Assembly (NCBI GenBank): GCA_029570205.1
Contig: JAKQSI010000042.1
Coordinates: 52,936 to 116,935, forward strand
Reading direction: 5' to 3'
DNA: 64,000 nt
From: Candidatus Omnitrophota bacterium
GTDB taxonomy: Bacteria > Hinthialibacterota > Hinthialibacteria > Hinthialibacterales > JAKPRU01
Shown here: in pieces, positions 53,636 through 62,596 of the stretch
Position numbering within the stretch: position 1 is the first letter of the stretch
Layout of the letters: each line of letters starts with the position of its first letter
Made by a program: the position numbers and the translations under genes
The notes under the pieces: model-generated
Databases searched by the model: none
Seen by the model: only the letters and a program-made list of their open reading frames with translations
What the model was told of the DNA's origin: nothing

Positions 53636-54169
53636 ATGGCGACTAACGCAAATAACGGCAATCAGGAATTCATTCGGCATATCTTCTTTGTTCTCGTGGA
53701 AAACCGCTCCGGCGTTCTGGCGCGCGTCGCCGGGCTGTTCTCTGCCCGCGGTTACAACATCGAAAGCCTCTCCGTGGCTGAAACCGAGAACCCCCAGGTC
53801 TCTCGTATGACCATCGTCGTCCCCGGCGACCGGAACATTATGAGCCAAGTCCGCAAACAACTCAGCAAACTGGTCGATACCCTGGAGGTCCATGACTTCT
53901 CCGTCGAGGACCGGGATATCGTGGATCGCGAAATGATCCTGGTCAAAGTGTCGGCGGATGATGGGACCAAGCGCACCCAGATTCTCCAGATCGCCAATGT
54001 CTATCGGGCCAAGATCGTCAACCTGTCCGAACAATCCATGATCGTGGAGGCCACCGGCAACCAGGGCAAGATTCACGCGCTTCTTCAATGCCTTGAACCC
54101 TACGGCATCCTGGAGGTCGCTCGCTCCGGGCGGGTCGCCATGGCACGCGGAATCAGCGAGAAAACTTGA
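53636..54169 (+). CDS. ilvN: Acetolactate synthase small (regulatory) subunit
   Basis: It has the ACT domain HIFFVLVENRSGVLARVAGLFSARGYNIESLSV..TE....SRMTIV. It lies directly after ilvB. Confidence 0.92.
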   Translation: MATNANNGNQEFIRHIFFVLVENRSGVLARVAGLFSARGYNIESLSVAETENPQVSRMTIVVPGDRNIMSQVRKQLSKLVDTLEVHDFSVEDRDIVDREMILVKVSADDGTKRTQILQIANVYRAKIVNLSEQSMIVEATGNQGKIHALLQCLEPYGILEVARSGRVAMARGISEKT

Positions 54170-54189
54170 AAATGAACCCGATCGAGGCA

Positions 54190-54364
54190 GCAATTGCAGG
54201 GTGGGCTGAAGCCCGTCTGCGGGCTGGCCCACCACACAGATTCATGGCAGGACAGGCGTCCCTGCCTGTCGGCACTTTCGTCCCTGCCCACGTCCACTCT
54301 GTCTGCCCTATTCCTCCATTTACCTAGCCCCTCCACTTTCTTCAATTTTTAATTCTTAATTCGC
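54190..54364. repeat. Repeat-filled spacer between ilvN and ilvC (family C hairpin plus family F AT-rich motif)
   Basis: ggcaggacaggcgtccctgcctgtc (54246-54270) is the inverse type of 11246-11270. ttcttcaatttttaattcttaattcgc (54339-54364) is family F. Confidence 0.65.
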
Positions 54365-54456
54365 ACCCCTCCCCCCAACATGGCCCGAAAGTCCAGGTTC
54401 TGATATAGTAAATAGAATTCCTTTACGACATCAATTTCAACATGAGGAGAATCGCT

Positions 54457-55482
54457 ATGGTAACTGTGTACTACGATAAAGACGCCAATCTGGATGTGCT
54501 CAAGGGCAAGAAAATCGGGATCATCGGCTATGGCAGCCAGGGCCATTCCCACGCCCAAAACCTGCGGGACAGCGGCCTGGATGTCATCATCGCGGAGGTT
54601 CCGGGACCGAATTACGATCTCGCCGTCTCCCACAAATTCAAACCCATGACCGCGGCCGAGTTGACCCAAAAGGCCGATCTCATCACCATGACCGTCCCGG
54701 ATCAACTCCAGGCAATGGTGTATGACTCCGAAATCAAAGCCAATCTCCGCGATGGGCAAACCCTTCTTTTCGCCCATGGATTCAACATCCACTACGGTCA
54801 GATTGTGCCTCCAAAAACCATTGATGTCATTATGGTGGCTCCCAAGGGGCCGGGGCATCTTCTCCGCAAAACCTTTGTGGAAGAGAGTGGCGTGCCCTGC
54901 CTCATCGCCGTTCACCAGGATGCTTCCGGTAAAGCCAAAGACAAGGCCCTCGCGTATGCGAAGGGTATCGGCGGAACCCGCGCCGGTGTCATCGAAACCT
55001 CATTCGCCGAGGAAACGGAAACGGACCTGTTCGGCGAGCAGGTGGTCCTCTGCGGCGGGCTGACTGCACTGATCAAGGCCGGATTCGAAACCCTCGTTGA
55101 GGCAGGCTACCAGCCCGAAATGGCCTACTTCGAATGCCTCCATGAGACCAAGCTGATCGTCGATCTGATCTACGAGGCCGGAATTACCGGAATGCGCTAC
55201 TCCGTCTCCGATACCGCCGAGTATGGCGACCTGACACGCGGACCCCGCATCGTTACCGAGGAAACCCGCAAGGAAATGCGCAAAATCCTCAAGGAAATCC
55301 AGACCGGCGAATTCGCACGCGAGTGGATCCTCGAAAACCAGGCCAAGCGCCCTGTATTCAACGCCTTGCGTCGCAAAGATGCCGTCTCCCAGCTGGAGAA
55401 AGTCGGCAAAATGCTGCGCGGCATGATGCCTTTCATTAAGAAAAAGGGCGCTGCCCTGGGTGAGGTCAAAGAACTCGGATAA
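54457..55482 (+). CDS. ilvC: Ketol-acid reductoisomerase (class I)
   Basis: It begins [40 protein letters not shown], preceded by a GAGGAG RBS. The ATG at 54442 is a less likely start. Confidence 0.93.
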   Translation: MVTVYYDKDANLDVLKGKKIGIIGYGSQGHSHAQNLRDSGLDVIIAEVPGPNYDLAVSHKFKPMTAAELTQKADLITMTVPDQLQAMVYDSEIKANLRDGQTLLFAHGFNIHYGQIVPPKTIDVIMVAPKGPGHLLRKTFVEESGVPCLIAVHQDASGKAKDKALAYAKGIGGTRAGVIETSFAEETETDLFGEQVVLCGGLTALIKAGFETLVEAGYQPEMAYFECLHETKLIVDLIYEAGITGMRYSVSDTAEYGDLTRGPRIVTEETRKEMRKILKEIQTGEFAREWILENQAKRPVFNALRRKDAVSQLEKVGKMLRGMMPFIKKKGAALGEVKELG

Positions 55483-55500
55483 TAGCGCCATCGCCGCACA

Positions 55501-55710
55501 GAGAGGCCTGTCCCACCAGTAGGCCAGGCGTCTCTGCCTGGCAAGGCACGGGTTCCCATCCGCTGTCATCGCGAATCCCAGCCCGGAGTCCGCGAAGGGC
55601 GGCGACGTGGCGATCTCAGGCTTGCTGAAATTCCTCACATTCGTTCGGAATGACAATAGGTCTGTCATTTCGATTCCTTCCCTGTCATTTCGACCGAAGG
55701 GAGAAATCTC
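55501..55710. repeat. Composite repeat block (family C-like, family D copy 1, gtcatttcga direct repeats)
   Basis: 55565-55620 gtcatcgcga...gagtccgcgaagggcggcgacgtggcgatctca matches 62452-62507. ctgtcatttcga occurs twice (55661 and 55682). There is an AATGACA/TGTCATT hairpin at 55648-55671. Confidence 0.75.
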
Positions 55711-55897
55711 ATTCAAGCACCCAGTCTGTCGATGGGCGAGCTTTCTCAGGCAGAGCAGCCAGGAGTCTGCGAGTTCTCTGCTCGTCCTGCATTTTTCCAG
55801 GCTCCGGCTTGCTGCGCTCTGTGCGCTATGATAGCTTGATCTCCCGTGGGTTATTCAAGTTTTCCCAAGTCTTTTTCGAATAGAGGAGGATCGGAGT

Positions 55898-56650
55898 ATG
55901 TCCGGCCACTCAAAATGGAGTACCATCAAGCATAAAAAAGCGAAGATGGATGCTCAGCGCGGTAAAATCTTCACCAAACTAATCAAGGAAATCACCGTCG
56001 CGGCACGGTCCGGCGGCGGTGACCTGGATGGTAATCCCCGACTTCGCACTGCGGTCGCTGCGGCCAGGGCCGCTAACATGCCTGCCGCCAACGTCGAGAA
56101 AGCCATCAAAAAAGGAACCGGCGAACTGGAAGGCGTGACCTACGAGGAGGTCACTTATGAGGGGTATGGACCGGGCGGCGTCGCCATCTATGTCGAGTGT
56201 GTAACCGACAACCGGAACCGCACAACCGCCGAAATCCGCCACCTGTTCTCCAAGTATGGCGGCAATCTCGGCGCATCCGGCTGTGTCTCCCACATGTTTC
56301 ATCGTCGAGGATTGATTTCTCTCAGCAAATCCGCAATCAAAAATGAGGATGCCTTCATGGAGGCCATCCTGGAAGCCGGCGCGGAGGATGTCAAAGAAGA
56401 GGGCGACACCATGGAGGTCATCACCAGCGTCGCCGACTTCGAGTCCGTTAAAGAGGCAGTCGCCGCTCTCGGAATTACGCCGGAAGTTGCCGAACTGACA
56501 CGTATCCCATCCAACACGGTCAAACTCGAAGGCAAAGCGGCCGAAACCATGCTCAAACTCATGGAGTTCATCGAGGATCACGATGATGTTCAGAATGTCT
56601 ACGCGAACTTCGATATTCCCGATGAGGTCATGGCTGCCGCTCAGGCGTGA
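55898..56650 (+). CDS. yebC: YebC/PmpR-family transcriptional regulator
   Basis: It begins [32 protein letters not shown] and shows a full-length YebC pattern. Confidence 0.93.
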   Translation: MSGHSKWSTIKHKKAKMDAQRGKIFTKLIKEITVAARSGGGDLDGNPRLRTAVAAARAANMPAANVEKAIKKGTGELEGVTYEEVTYEGYGPGGVAIYVECVTDNRNRTTAEIRHLFSKYGGNLGASGCVSHMFHRRGLISLSKSAIKNEDAFMEAILEAGAEDVKEEGDTMEVITSVADFESVKEAVAALGITPEVAELTRIPSNTVKLEGKAAETMLKLMEFIEDHDDVQNVYANFDIPDEVMAAAQA

Positions 56651-56675
56651 TCGTTCTCCTCTCCTGTCGCAAACC

Positions 56676-56717
56676 GAAACGGGGCGCTCCCTCACCAGGA
56701 CGCCCCGTTTCTTATTC
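56676..56717 (+). terminator. Rho-independent terminator after yebC
   Basis: The stem GAAACGGGGCG (56676-56686) / CGCCCCGTTTC (56701-56711) is followed by TTATTC. Confidence 0.65.
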
Positions 56718-56744
56718 GCCTTCCTCTCCCCCGTCTCTTTTCTT

Positions 56745-56770
56745 TCATTCTTAATTTTTAATTTTTTCCC
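56745..56770. repeat. AT-rich TTAATT-type motif, family F
   Basis: ttcattcttaatttttaattttttcc. Confidence 0.5.
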
Positions 56771-56814
56771 CCTCTCCCTTCCCTTCGACGTTCGGTTTCC
56801 CTAAAATATCTTCC

Positions 56815-57546
56815 ATGAGTGAACTTCAGGACGTCTCCCCTGTTACGCAGGATTATTTAGAGGCTATTTACCGCCTCCAGTTGCAGAAACGGGTCATCCG
56901 AGTCCGAGACATCGCCGGTGAACTGGGGCTGAAAGCCCCCACTGTCTCCGAAAACCTTCGTTTGCTCGCCGAACGCGGTCTTGTCGAGCATGAACGGTAT
57001 GAGGATGTTCGCCTTTCCCCTGAAGGTGCGCGAGTCGCCCAGCAGGTTCATAACAGCCATCGCATTCTATGTAGTTTCCTGACCGATGTTTTGGGTGTAG
57101 ATTCTGAAACTGCTGAAAAGGATGCCTGTGCCATCGAGCATAACATCAGCCCCATAACCATGAATCGCCTCGCTGCCTTCATGGGATACGTCCACTCCGA
57201 GGACCCGGCCCATACAATCCAACTGTTTGAGGAATATAAGAAACAGAAGCGGGATGCTTTTCAAACCCGTCCGGCTCCGGTCAAACCTTCTGCCGACATG
57301 AAAATCTGCAAATTGTCTGAAATGAAGCCTGGCGAGGAAGGCGAAATCCGCGCCGTCCATGAAACCGGCCCGATTCGAAAACGTCTGATGGAAATGGGGG
57401 TCCTGCGCGGCGAGCGCGTCCGATTCATTCGTGAGGCCCCGCTCGGGGACCCAATCGAGATCCGTATTCGCGGCTATAATCTGTCCCTCCGAAAATCCGA
57501 GGCCTCTGCGGTAGAGGTCATTCTCGACGGGGCAGCAAACAACTAA
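56815..57546 (+). CDS. DtxR/MntR-family metal-dependent regulator with a C-terminal FeoA (SH3-like) domain
   Basis: The N-terminal winged helix is TQDYLEAIYRL......IRVRDIAGELGLKAPTVSENLRLLAERGLVEHERY. The C-terminal FeoA-type block is KLSEMKPGEEGEIRAV.....IRKRLMEMGVLRGERVRFIREAPLGDPIEIRIRGYNLSLRKSEASAVEV. Confidence 0.88.
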   Translation: MSELQDVSPVTQDYLEAIYRLQLQKRVIRVRDIAGELGLKAPTVSENLRLLAERGLVEHERYEDVRLSPEGARVAQQVHNSHRILCSFLTDVLGVDSETAEKDACAIEHNISPITMNRLAAFMGYVHSEDPAHTIQLFEEYKKQKRDAFQTRPAPVKPSADMKICKLSEMKPGEEGEIRAVHETGPIRKRLMEMGVLRGERVRFIREAPLGDPIEIRIRGYNLSLRKSEASAVEVILDGAANN

Positions 57547-57549
57547 TTC

Positions 57550-59778
57550 ATGATGAACTCTCTGAACACTCTCCGTACCCCAGTCTCTTTGACAGACACC
57601 CCACAACCCCCTCCTGTCGCTCATGAGACAGCCGTTTCGGCAAAGCACGCACAACTCACCTGCGTCCTTCTCGGAAATCCTAATGCCGGTAAAACCTGCA
57701 TTTTTAACTCACTCACCGGAAGTCGCCAGAGAGTAGCCAATTACCCCGGCGTCACAGTCTCGGTCAAAGAAAGCACAGTCCGCCATGCCGATCATACCTT
57801 CACGGTTATCGACCTTCCCGGTACCTACAGCCTCTCCGCCTATTCCATCGAGGAGATGATCGTTCAGTCCTACTTGCTCGATCAGAAACCCGATGTAGTC
57901 ATCAATGTAGTCGATGTGACTAATCTCGAGCGGAATCTGTACCTGACAACCCAGCTGATCGAACTGGGCCTTCCTACCGTTGTCGCCCTGAACATGAGCG
58001 ATGAGGCCCGCAACCAGGGTATTGCCGTTGACCACGATAAACTCGGCCGATTACTCGGGGTTCCCTTTGTGCCGACCGTGGGGAATCGCGGCATCGGCCT
58101 GAGTGAATTACTCGATACCGCCGTCGCCGTTGCCGAGGGGACCAGCGACATTGTTCGCCGGGTCCCCGTCAATTACGGCGAGGATGTCGAACAGCAGATT
58201 GCTCTGGTCGAGCAGCGCATCGAGGCGGCCCCCGATCTCATAGAACGCTACGGGAAACGGTGGCTGGCCATCCATCTCCTCGAGAAAGACAAAACGGTTT
58301 GCGAGGTCATCGCGTCGCACCCGAAAGGTCCGGCCATCCTTGCCGCTCGCGATGCGGCCGCTCAGTATCTGGAATCCGTCCTCCAGGAGGATATCCCCAG
58401 CCTGTTTGCCGAACGCCGGTATGGATTTGTGCGAGGTGCGGTCCGCGAAACTGTCCGCATGTCGGTCGAGCAGAACATTAAAATCTCCGATGTGATTGAT
58501 GCCGTCGTAACCCATCGTCTGCTCGGCCTCCCGATCTTTATTGCGTTCTTGTGGTTGATGTTTAAGGCCACCTTCTCATTCGGAGAGATTCCCATGGGCT
58601 GGATCGAATTCGGCGTGAGGCGGTTCGGCGCGGTGGCGGCCGGGGTTCTGCCGGAGGGATTTCTGCGCGGCCTTGTGGTAGATGGCGTGATTAACGGAGT
58701 CGGAAGCGTGATTATTTTCCTGCCGAACATCCTCATTCTGTTCTTCTTTATTTCTTTAATGGAGGATACCGGCTATATGGCCCGTGCCGCGTTTATTATG
58801 GATCGCGTTATGCACACTCTTGGCCTGCACGGCAAATCGTTTATCCCCATGGTGATGGGTTTCGGCTGCAATGTCCCGGCTATTCTCGCCACACGTACCC
58901 TTGAGAACCGTTCCGATCGGCTATTAACTATTCTCATCAGCCCGCTCATGAGTTGCACCGCTCGGTTGCCTGTTTATATTTTGCTCGCCGGCACCTTCTT
59001 TGCGGCTCATGCCACCCTGGTCATTTTCGGTATTTATGCGTTGGGAATTGCTCTGGCTATACTGGTAGGCCAACTGTTCCGACGAACTCTGTTCCGGGGC
59101 GAGGCCATGCCTTTCGTCATGGAATTGCCCCCGTATCGAATCCCCCTGTTGCGCAGTGTTCTCCTCCATGTGTGGGATCGAGCGTACCTGTTTATCCGCA
59201 AAGTGGGCACGGTGATTCTTTTGGCTACTATTGTGATCTGGGTGATCTGTTCCTTCCCGAAACAATTCCCCGGTTCTGAAAATATCCGGGAATCGATTCG
59301 CCAACTGGAGGCAACTGCCGTTTCAACCGATAATTCGGCAGAATTGAACCGCCTGAAAACAGAATTCGCAGAACAGCAATTGCGCTACTCGTTTGCCGGG
59401 AGGTTGGGTGAGCAGGTCGCGCCGATTCTGCGTCCCATGGGATTGGGTTGGAAAGAGGGTCTCGCCCTCCTCACTGGGATCGCCGCCAAAGAAACCGTCG
59501 TCAGCACCCTGGGCGTTCTCTATCAAGCCGGAGCCGATGCGGATGAGAGTAGTGAAAGCCTTCGCGCGGCCCTGCGAAATTCCGGTCTCACCCCCGCTTC
59601 CGCTCTGGCTATGATGGTTATCGTTCTGATCTACGTCCCCTGTTTGGGAACCATAACCATCATTCGCCGCGAAACCGGCTCTCGACGATGGACCCTGTTC
59701 GCCGTCACCTACTCCTGTGTCCTGGCCTGGGTCGTGGGATTCACTATCTATCATATCGCCCGCCTCTTTAATTTATAG
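57550..59778 (+). CDS. feoB: Ferrous iron transporter FeoB
   Basis: It has the G-domain LLGNPNAGKTCIFNSLTG and DLPGTYSL, then a polytopic membrane domain. It starts 4 nt after the regulator gene. Confidence 0.93.
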   Translation: MMNSLNTLRTPVSLTDTPQPPPVAHETAVSAKHAQLTCVLLGNPNAGKTCIFNSLTGSRQRVANYPGVTVSVKESTVRHADHTFTVIDLPGTYSLSAYSIEEMIVQSYLLDQKPDVVINVVDVTNLERNLYLTTQLIELGLPTVVALNMSDEARNQGIAVDHDKLGRLLGVPFVPTVGNRGIGLSELLDTAVAVAEGTSDIVRRVPVNYGEDVEQQIALVEQRIEAAPDLIERYGKRWLAIHLLEKDKTVCEVIASHPKGPAILAARDAAAQYLESVLQEDIPSLFAERRYGFVRGAVRETVRMSVEQNIKISDVIDAVVTHRLLGLPIFIAFLWLMFKATFSFGEIPMGWIEFGVRRFGAVAAGVLPEGFLRGLVVDGVINGVGSVIIFLPNILILFFFISLMEDTGYMARAAFIMDRVMHTLGLHGKSFIPMVMGFGCNVPAILATRTLENRSDRLLTILISPLMSCTARLPVYILLAGTFFAAHATLVIFGIYALGIALAILVGQLFRRTLFRGEAMPFVMELPPYRIPLLRSVLLHVWDRAYLFIRKVGTVILLATIVIWVICSFPKQFPGSENIRESIRQLEATAVSTDNSAELNRLKTEFAEQQLRYSFAGRLGEQVAPILRPMGLGWKEGLALLTGIAAKETVVSTLGVLYQAGADADESSESLRAALRNSGLTPASALAMMVIVLIYVPCLGTITIIRRETGSRRWTLFAVTYSCVLAWVVGFTIYHIARLFNL

Positions 59779-59783
59779 TCCTT

Positions 59784-59819
59784 GGTTTCTGGTTTTTAAT
59801 TCTTAGTTTTTAATTCAAC
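59784..59819. repeat. AT-rich TTAATT-type motif, family F (overlaps the 3' end of the PRMT-like gene)
   Basis: ggtttctggtttttaattcttagtttttaattcaac. The last codons (ELKTKN-stop) of the minus-strand gene are encoded by it. Confidence 0.5.
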
Positions 59820-60824
59820 TGTGTGCCTTGTTCGCACCTTCGGAAGCAGAAACCGGTCCGCATTACAGAAATCGAACCGGCGAATCCCTCCGCGTGTGTG
59901 GATCACCCCGGACCAGGCCCATTGGTCCTCTCCGGCCGTTGTGTTGTAACGGAACCGGAATGACACCCGGTCCCCCTTCTCTACTGCCTGGGCTTCCCCG
60001 ATGGGAAAAATAATCTGGTCCCAGTGCGTTCTGTTCTCATTGGGCGGATTCGACAGAGAAATCCCTTCGCACAAATCGATCTCAAACCACCCGGCCAGTC
60101 CGATCATCCGTCCCTGTTCCGTGATGGAAAAGTTTACCCGGCTTTCAATCGTATCGCTCTCGCATGTCAGAAAATCAAACTCCGCAAGCAACTGCGGCTC
60201 CGCGAGCCGCCGCGCGTTGCGAAAGTTCAGCAGGTAGATATTGTTGTCCGCAAGCCGGGCCAGCGGTGAAAAATCTATGCCATACAGCACAGATCGGTAC
60301 ACCCCAAACTCCCGTTCGAGGCTCTCTTCCATAATCGGTACAACAAACAGACGAAGACCGGCGGGGACAATCTTGCCGCCTTTTTTCAATGCTTTATTGC
60401 GAACGGTCGGGAGCACACTAAGGATATTCTCATCAATCCCGAAATTGCCGATCAGTTCAATCAGGATGGCGTCTACTTTGCCGCCTTGAAACGTCACGCG
60501 ATCGGCCATGCCACGGATAAATGTCGCCCGGTCCAGCCAGCCCGCATGTTTGAAAATCTCCTGGGCGCATGACAATATGTCTTCCGATTCCACCAGGTAC
60601 ACATGCTGTGCGCCCGCCTGGATTGCAAACGCCGAAAGGATCCCTGTCCCCGCCCCCACATCCAGCGCCAGATCCCCCGGTCTCACAACCCGGCGAATCG
60701 CCTCTTGAAAGGCCTCGTTCCGTACCCGGTCCCGCAGCAATAGATGGTGCGAGGTCAGGTGATCTTCTGTCCCGGTGGACAACGGCCATACGTCCATCAG
60801 GTATTCAATGGGGTCCGACATCAT
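59796..60824 (-). CDS. Protein arginine N-methyltransferase (PRMT)-like class I methyltransferase
   Basis: 342 aa. It has the motif LRDRVRNEAFQEAI, motif I ALDVGAGTGILSAFA, post-I LVESE, a double-E loop E-LIGNFGID-E (8-residue spacing) and a THW loop (RTHWDQ). Confidence 0.8.
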   Translation of the reverse strand: MMSDPIEYLMDVWPLSTGTEDHLTSHHLLLRDRVRNEAFQEAIRRVVRPGDLALDVGAGTGILSAFAIQAGAQHVYLVESEDILSCAQEIFKHAGWLDRATFIRGMADRVTFQGGKVDAILIELIGNFGIDENILSVLPTVRNKALKKGGKIVPAGLRLFVVPIMEESLEREFGVYRSVLYGIDFSPLARLADNNIYLLNFRNARRLAEPQLLAEFDFLTCESDTIESRVNFSITEQGRMIGLAGWFEIDLCEGISLSNPPNENRTHWDQIIFPIGEAQAVEKGDRVSFRFRYNTTAGEDQWAWSGVIHTRGGIRRFDFCNADRFLLPKVRTRHTVELKTKN

Positions 60825-60934
60825 AGATTCTTATACCGAATGCCCTCTCTCTCGTTGGATATGCACTTCAATTTCGCAAACATATTGCGTATGTTGCCAC
60901 TGGTCATTTAACGATACCAGCGATGGCAAGTAAT

Positions 60935-60970
60935 CCCTCCCCCGAAGACCGGGGGAGGCAAGGTGGGGGT
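60935..60970. repeat. Family-B-like hairpin in a divergent promoter region
   Basis: CCTCCCCCG-AAGAC-CGGGGGAGG (9-bp stem) followed by caaggtggggg. Confidence 0.55.
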
Positions 60971-60994
60971 TGACCGAATAACAGGAGAAAACTT

Positions 60995-62416
60995 ATGACG
61001 AAGATCATTTTCGGAACCGACGGATGGCGGGCAGTCATCAGTCGCGAATTTACATTTGACAATGTCCGGTATGTCGCGGTTGCTGCCACCGAGTACTTCC
61101 AGCGAGTCGGAAAAGGGAAACCGGTCACCGTCGGTTACGACCGACGGTTTCTTTCGCGCGAATATGCCGAGGAAGTCGCGCAAGTCGCAACCGCGAAAGA
61201 CCTGAAAATCATCCTGTCGGATGATGTCTGCTCCACACCCGCGATTTCCCTGGAGACCATCCGCCGAAAGGCCGTCGGCGGCGTAATGATTACCGCCAGC
61301 CACAATCCGGGACAATACAACGGCATCAAAATCAAAGGCCCTTTCGGCGGGCCGGTCGGCTCCGATGTCACACAAGGTATCCAGGATCGCGCCAATGCCC
61401 TGCTTGAACACGGCAAATCCCCCCAAATGCTCTCCCTGGAGGAGGCCCGCAAACAGAAACGGCTTCAATTCTTCAGCCCCAAAAAACGATACCTCGATGA
61501 GATTTCCTCCCATGTGGACATCACCCGCATAAAACGTCTGAAACCCCGCGTCGTGGTGGATGCCATGTATGGTTCCGGCGTCGGCCTCCTCGCCCCGCTG
61601 CTGGAATCTTGGGGACTCCCCACGAAAGAAATTCACGGGGAAACCAACCCCTCTTTCGGTGGCCTGAACCCCGAACCCATCGGCAAAAACCTGGAACCGC
61701 TCTGTCGGGCCGTCAAAGAGGCGAACGCCGATATCGGTTTCGCGCTCGATGGTGATGCCGACCGCATCGGCGTTGTCGATCACCGAGGTGAATGGCTTAC
61801 TACACAGGATGTCTTTGCCCTTCTCCTCATGCACGCTGTCGAGGATCTGAAACTGACCGGCGAGATTGTGAAAACCTGCTCCTCAACAAGCATGTTGGAC
61901 AAACTCTGCCGGATGTACGGCTTGCTTCTCCACGAGACCCCAGTCGGATTCAAGTATGTGGCGGACCTTATGCTGGAGCGGAATGCGCTGCTGGGCGGTG
62001 AGGAAAGTGGCGGATATGCCCTTCGCGGTCACATCCCGGAGCGGGATGGTTCCATGGCCGCCCTGTTCCTCCTCCAGATGATGGCCATGCGCAAACAGCC
62101 CCTGTCGAATATCCTGGACAGTCTATACCGCAAAGTCGGCTATCATGCTTTCCGCCGAGATGATCTGCGCCTGCCCAAAGAAAAAATGGCCGAGGTCCTC
62201 GACATGCTGAAAAACCGACCTCTCAAAACCATTGCCGGGCGGTCTGTCGAACGCATCCTCACCGTCGATGGATTCAAATTCTTCCTGTCGGACGGCAGCT
62301 GGCTCCTGTTGCGGCCCTCCGGCACAGAGCCGCTGTTCCGCGTATATGTGGAGGCCCCATCCGAAAACGCTGTCGATGAAATCCTGAAAAAAGCAAAAAG
62401 GCAACTCCTGCGCTAA
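60995..62416 (+). CDS. Phosphoglucomutase/phosphomannomutase (alpha-D-phosphohexomutase family)
   Basis: It has the active-site ITASHNPGQYNGIK, the metal loop GFALDGDADR, the sugar loop GGEESGG, and an AGGAGA RBS. Confidence 0.9.
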   Translation: MTKIIFGTDGWRAVISREFTFDNVRYVAVAATEYFQRVGKGKPVTVGYDRRFLSREYAEEVAQVATAKDLKIILSDDVCSTPAISLETIRRKAVGGVMITASHNPGQYNGIKIKGPFGGPVGSDVTQGIQDRANALLEHGKSPQMLSLEEARKQKRLQFFSPKKRYLDEISSHVDITRIKRLKPRVVVDAMYGSGVGLLAPLLESWGLPTKEIHGETNPSFGGLNPEPIGKNLEPLCRAVKEANADIGFALDGDADRIGVVDHRGEWLTTQDVFALLLMHAVEDLKLTGEIVKTCSSTSMLDKLCRMYGLLLHETPVGFKYVADLMLERNALLGGEESGGYALRGHIPERDGSMAALFLLQMMAMRKQPLSNILDSLYRKVGYHAFRRDDLRLPKEKMAEVLDMLKNRPLKTIAGRSVERILTVDGFKFFLSDGSWLLLRPSGTEPLFRVYVEAPSENAVDEILKKAKRQLLR

Positions 62417-62451
62417 TGTTCTGTAACTGAATTGCCTTTACAGGGCGTCAC

Positions 62452-62560
62452 GTCATCGCGAGGAGCCGCCCTGAGTCTGCGAAGGGCGGCGACGTGGCGA
62501 TCTCAATCTTGCGCGTTCGAACGGCGAGATTGCCACGCTTCGCTCGCAATGACCGTATTG
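62452..62560. repeat. Family D repeat copy 2 with an internal long hairpin
   Basis: gtcatcgcga..gagtctgcgaagggcggcgacgtggcgatctca matches 55565-55620 (33 nt with 1 mismatch in the core). CGTGGCGATCTC pairs with downstream GAGATTGCCACG (11/12). Confidence 0.75.
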
Positions 62561-62596
62561 TCAAGATTATTCATTTACACAACACCAGGATGTTCC

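Noticed and set aside
60877-60900. Imperfect palindrome GCAAACATA-TTGCG-TATGTTGC in the divergent PRMT-like/phosphohexomutase promoter region
   Set aside because: It is short and imperfect (one bulged base) and is a single occurrence in the window. That is insufficient to call an operator.
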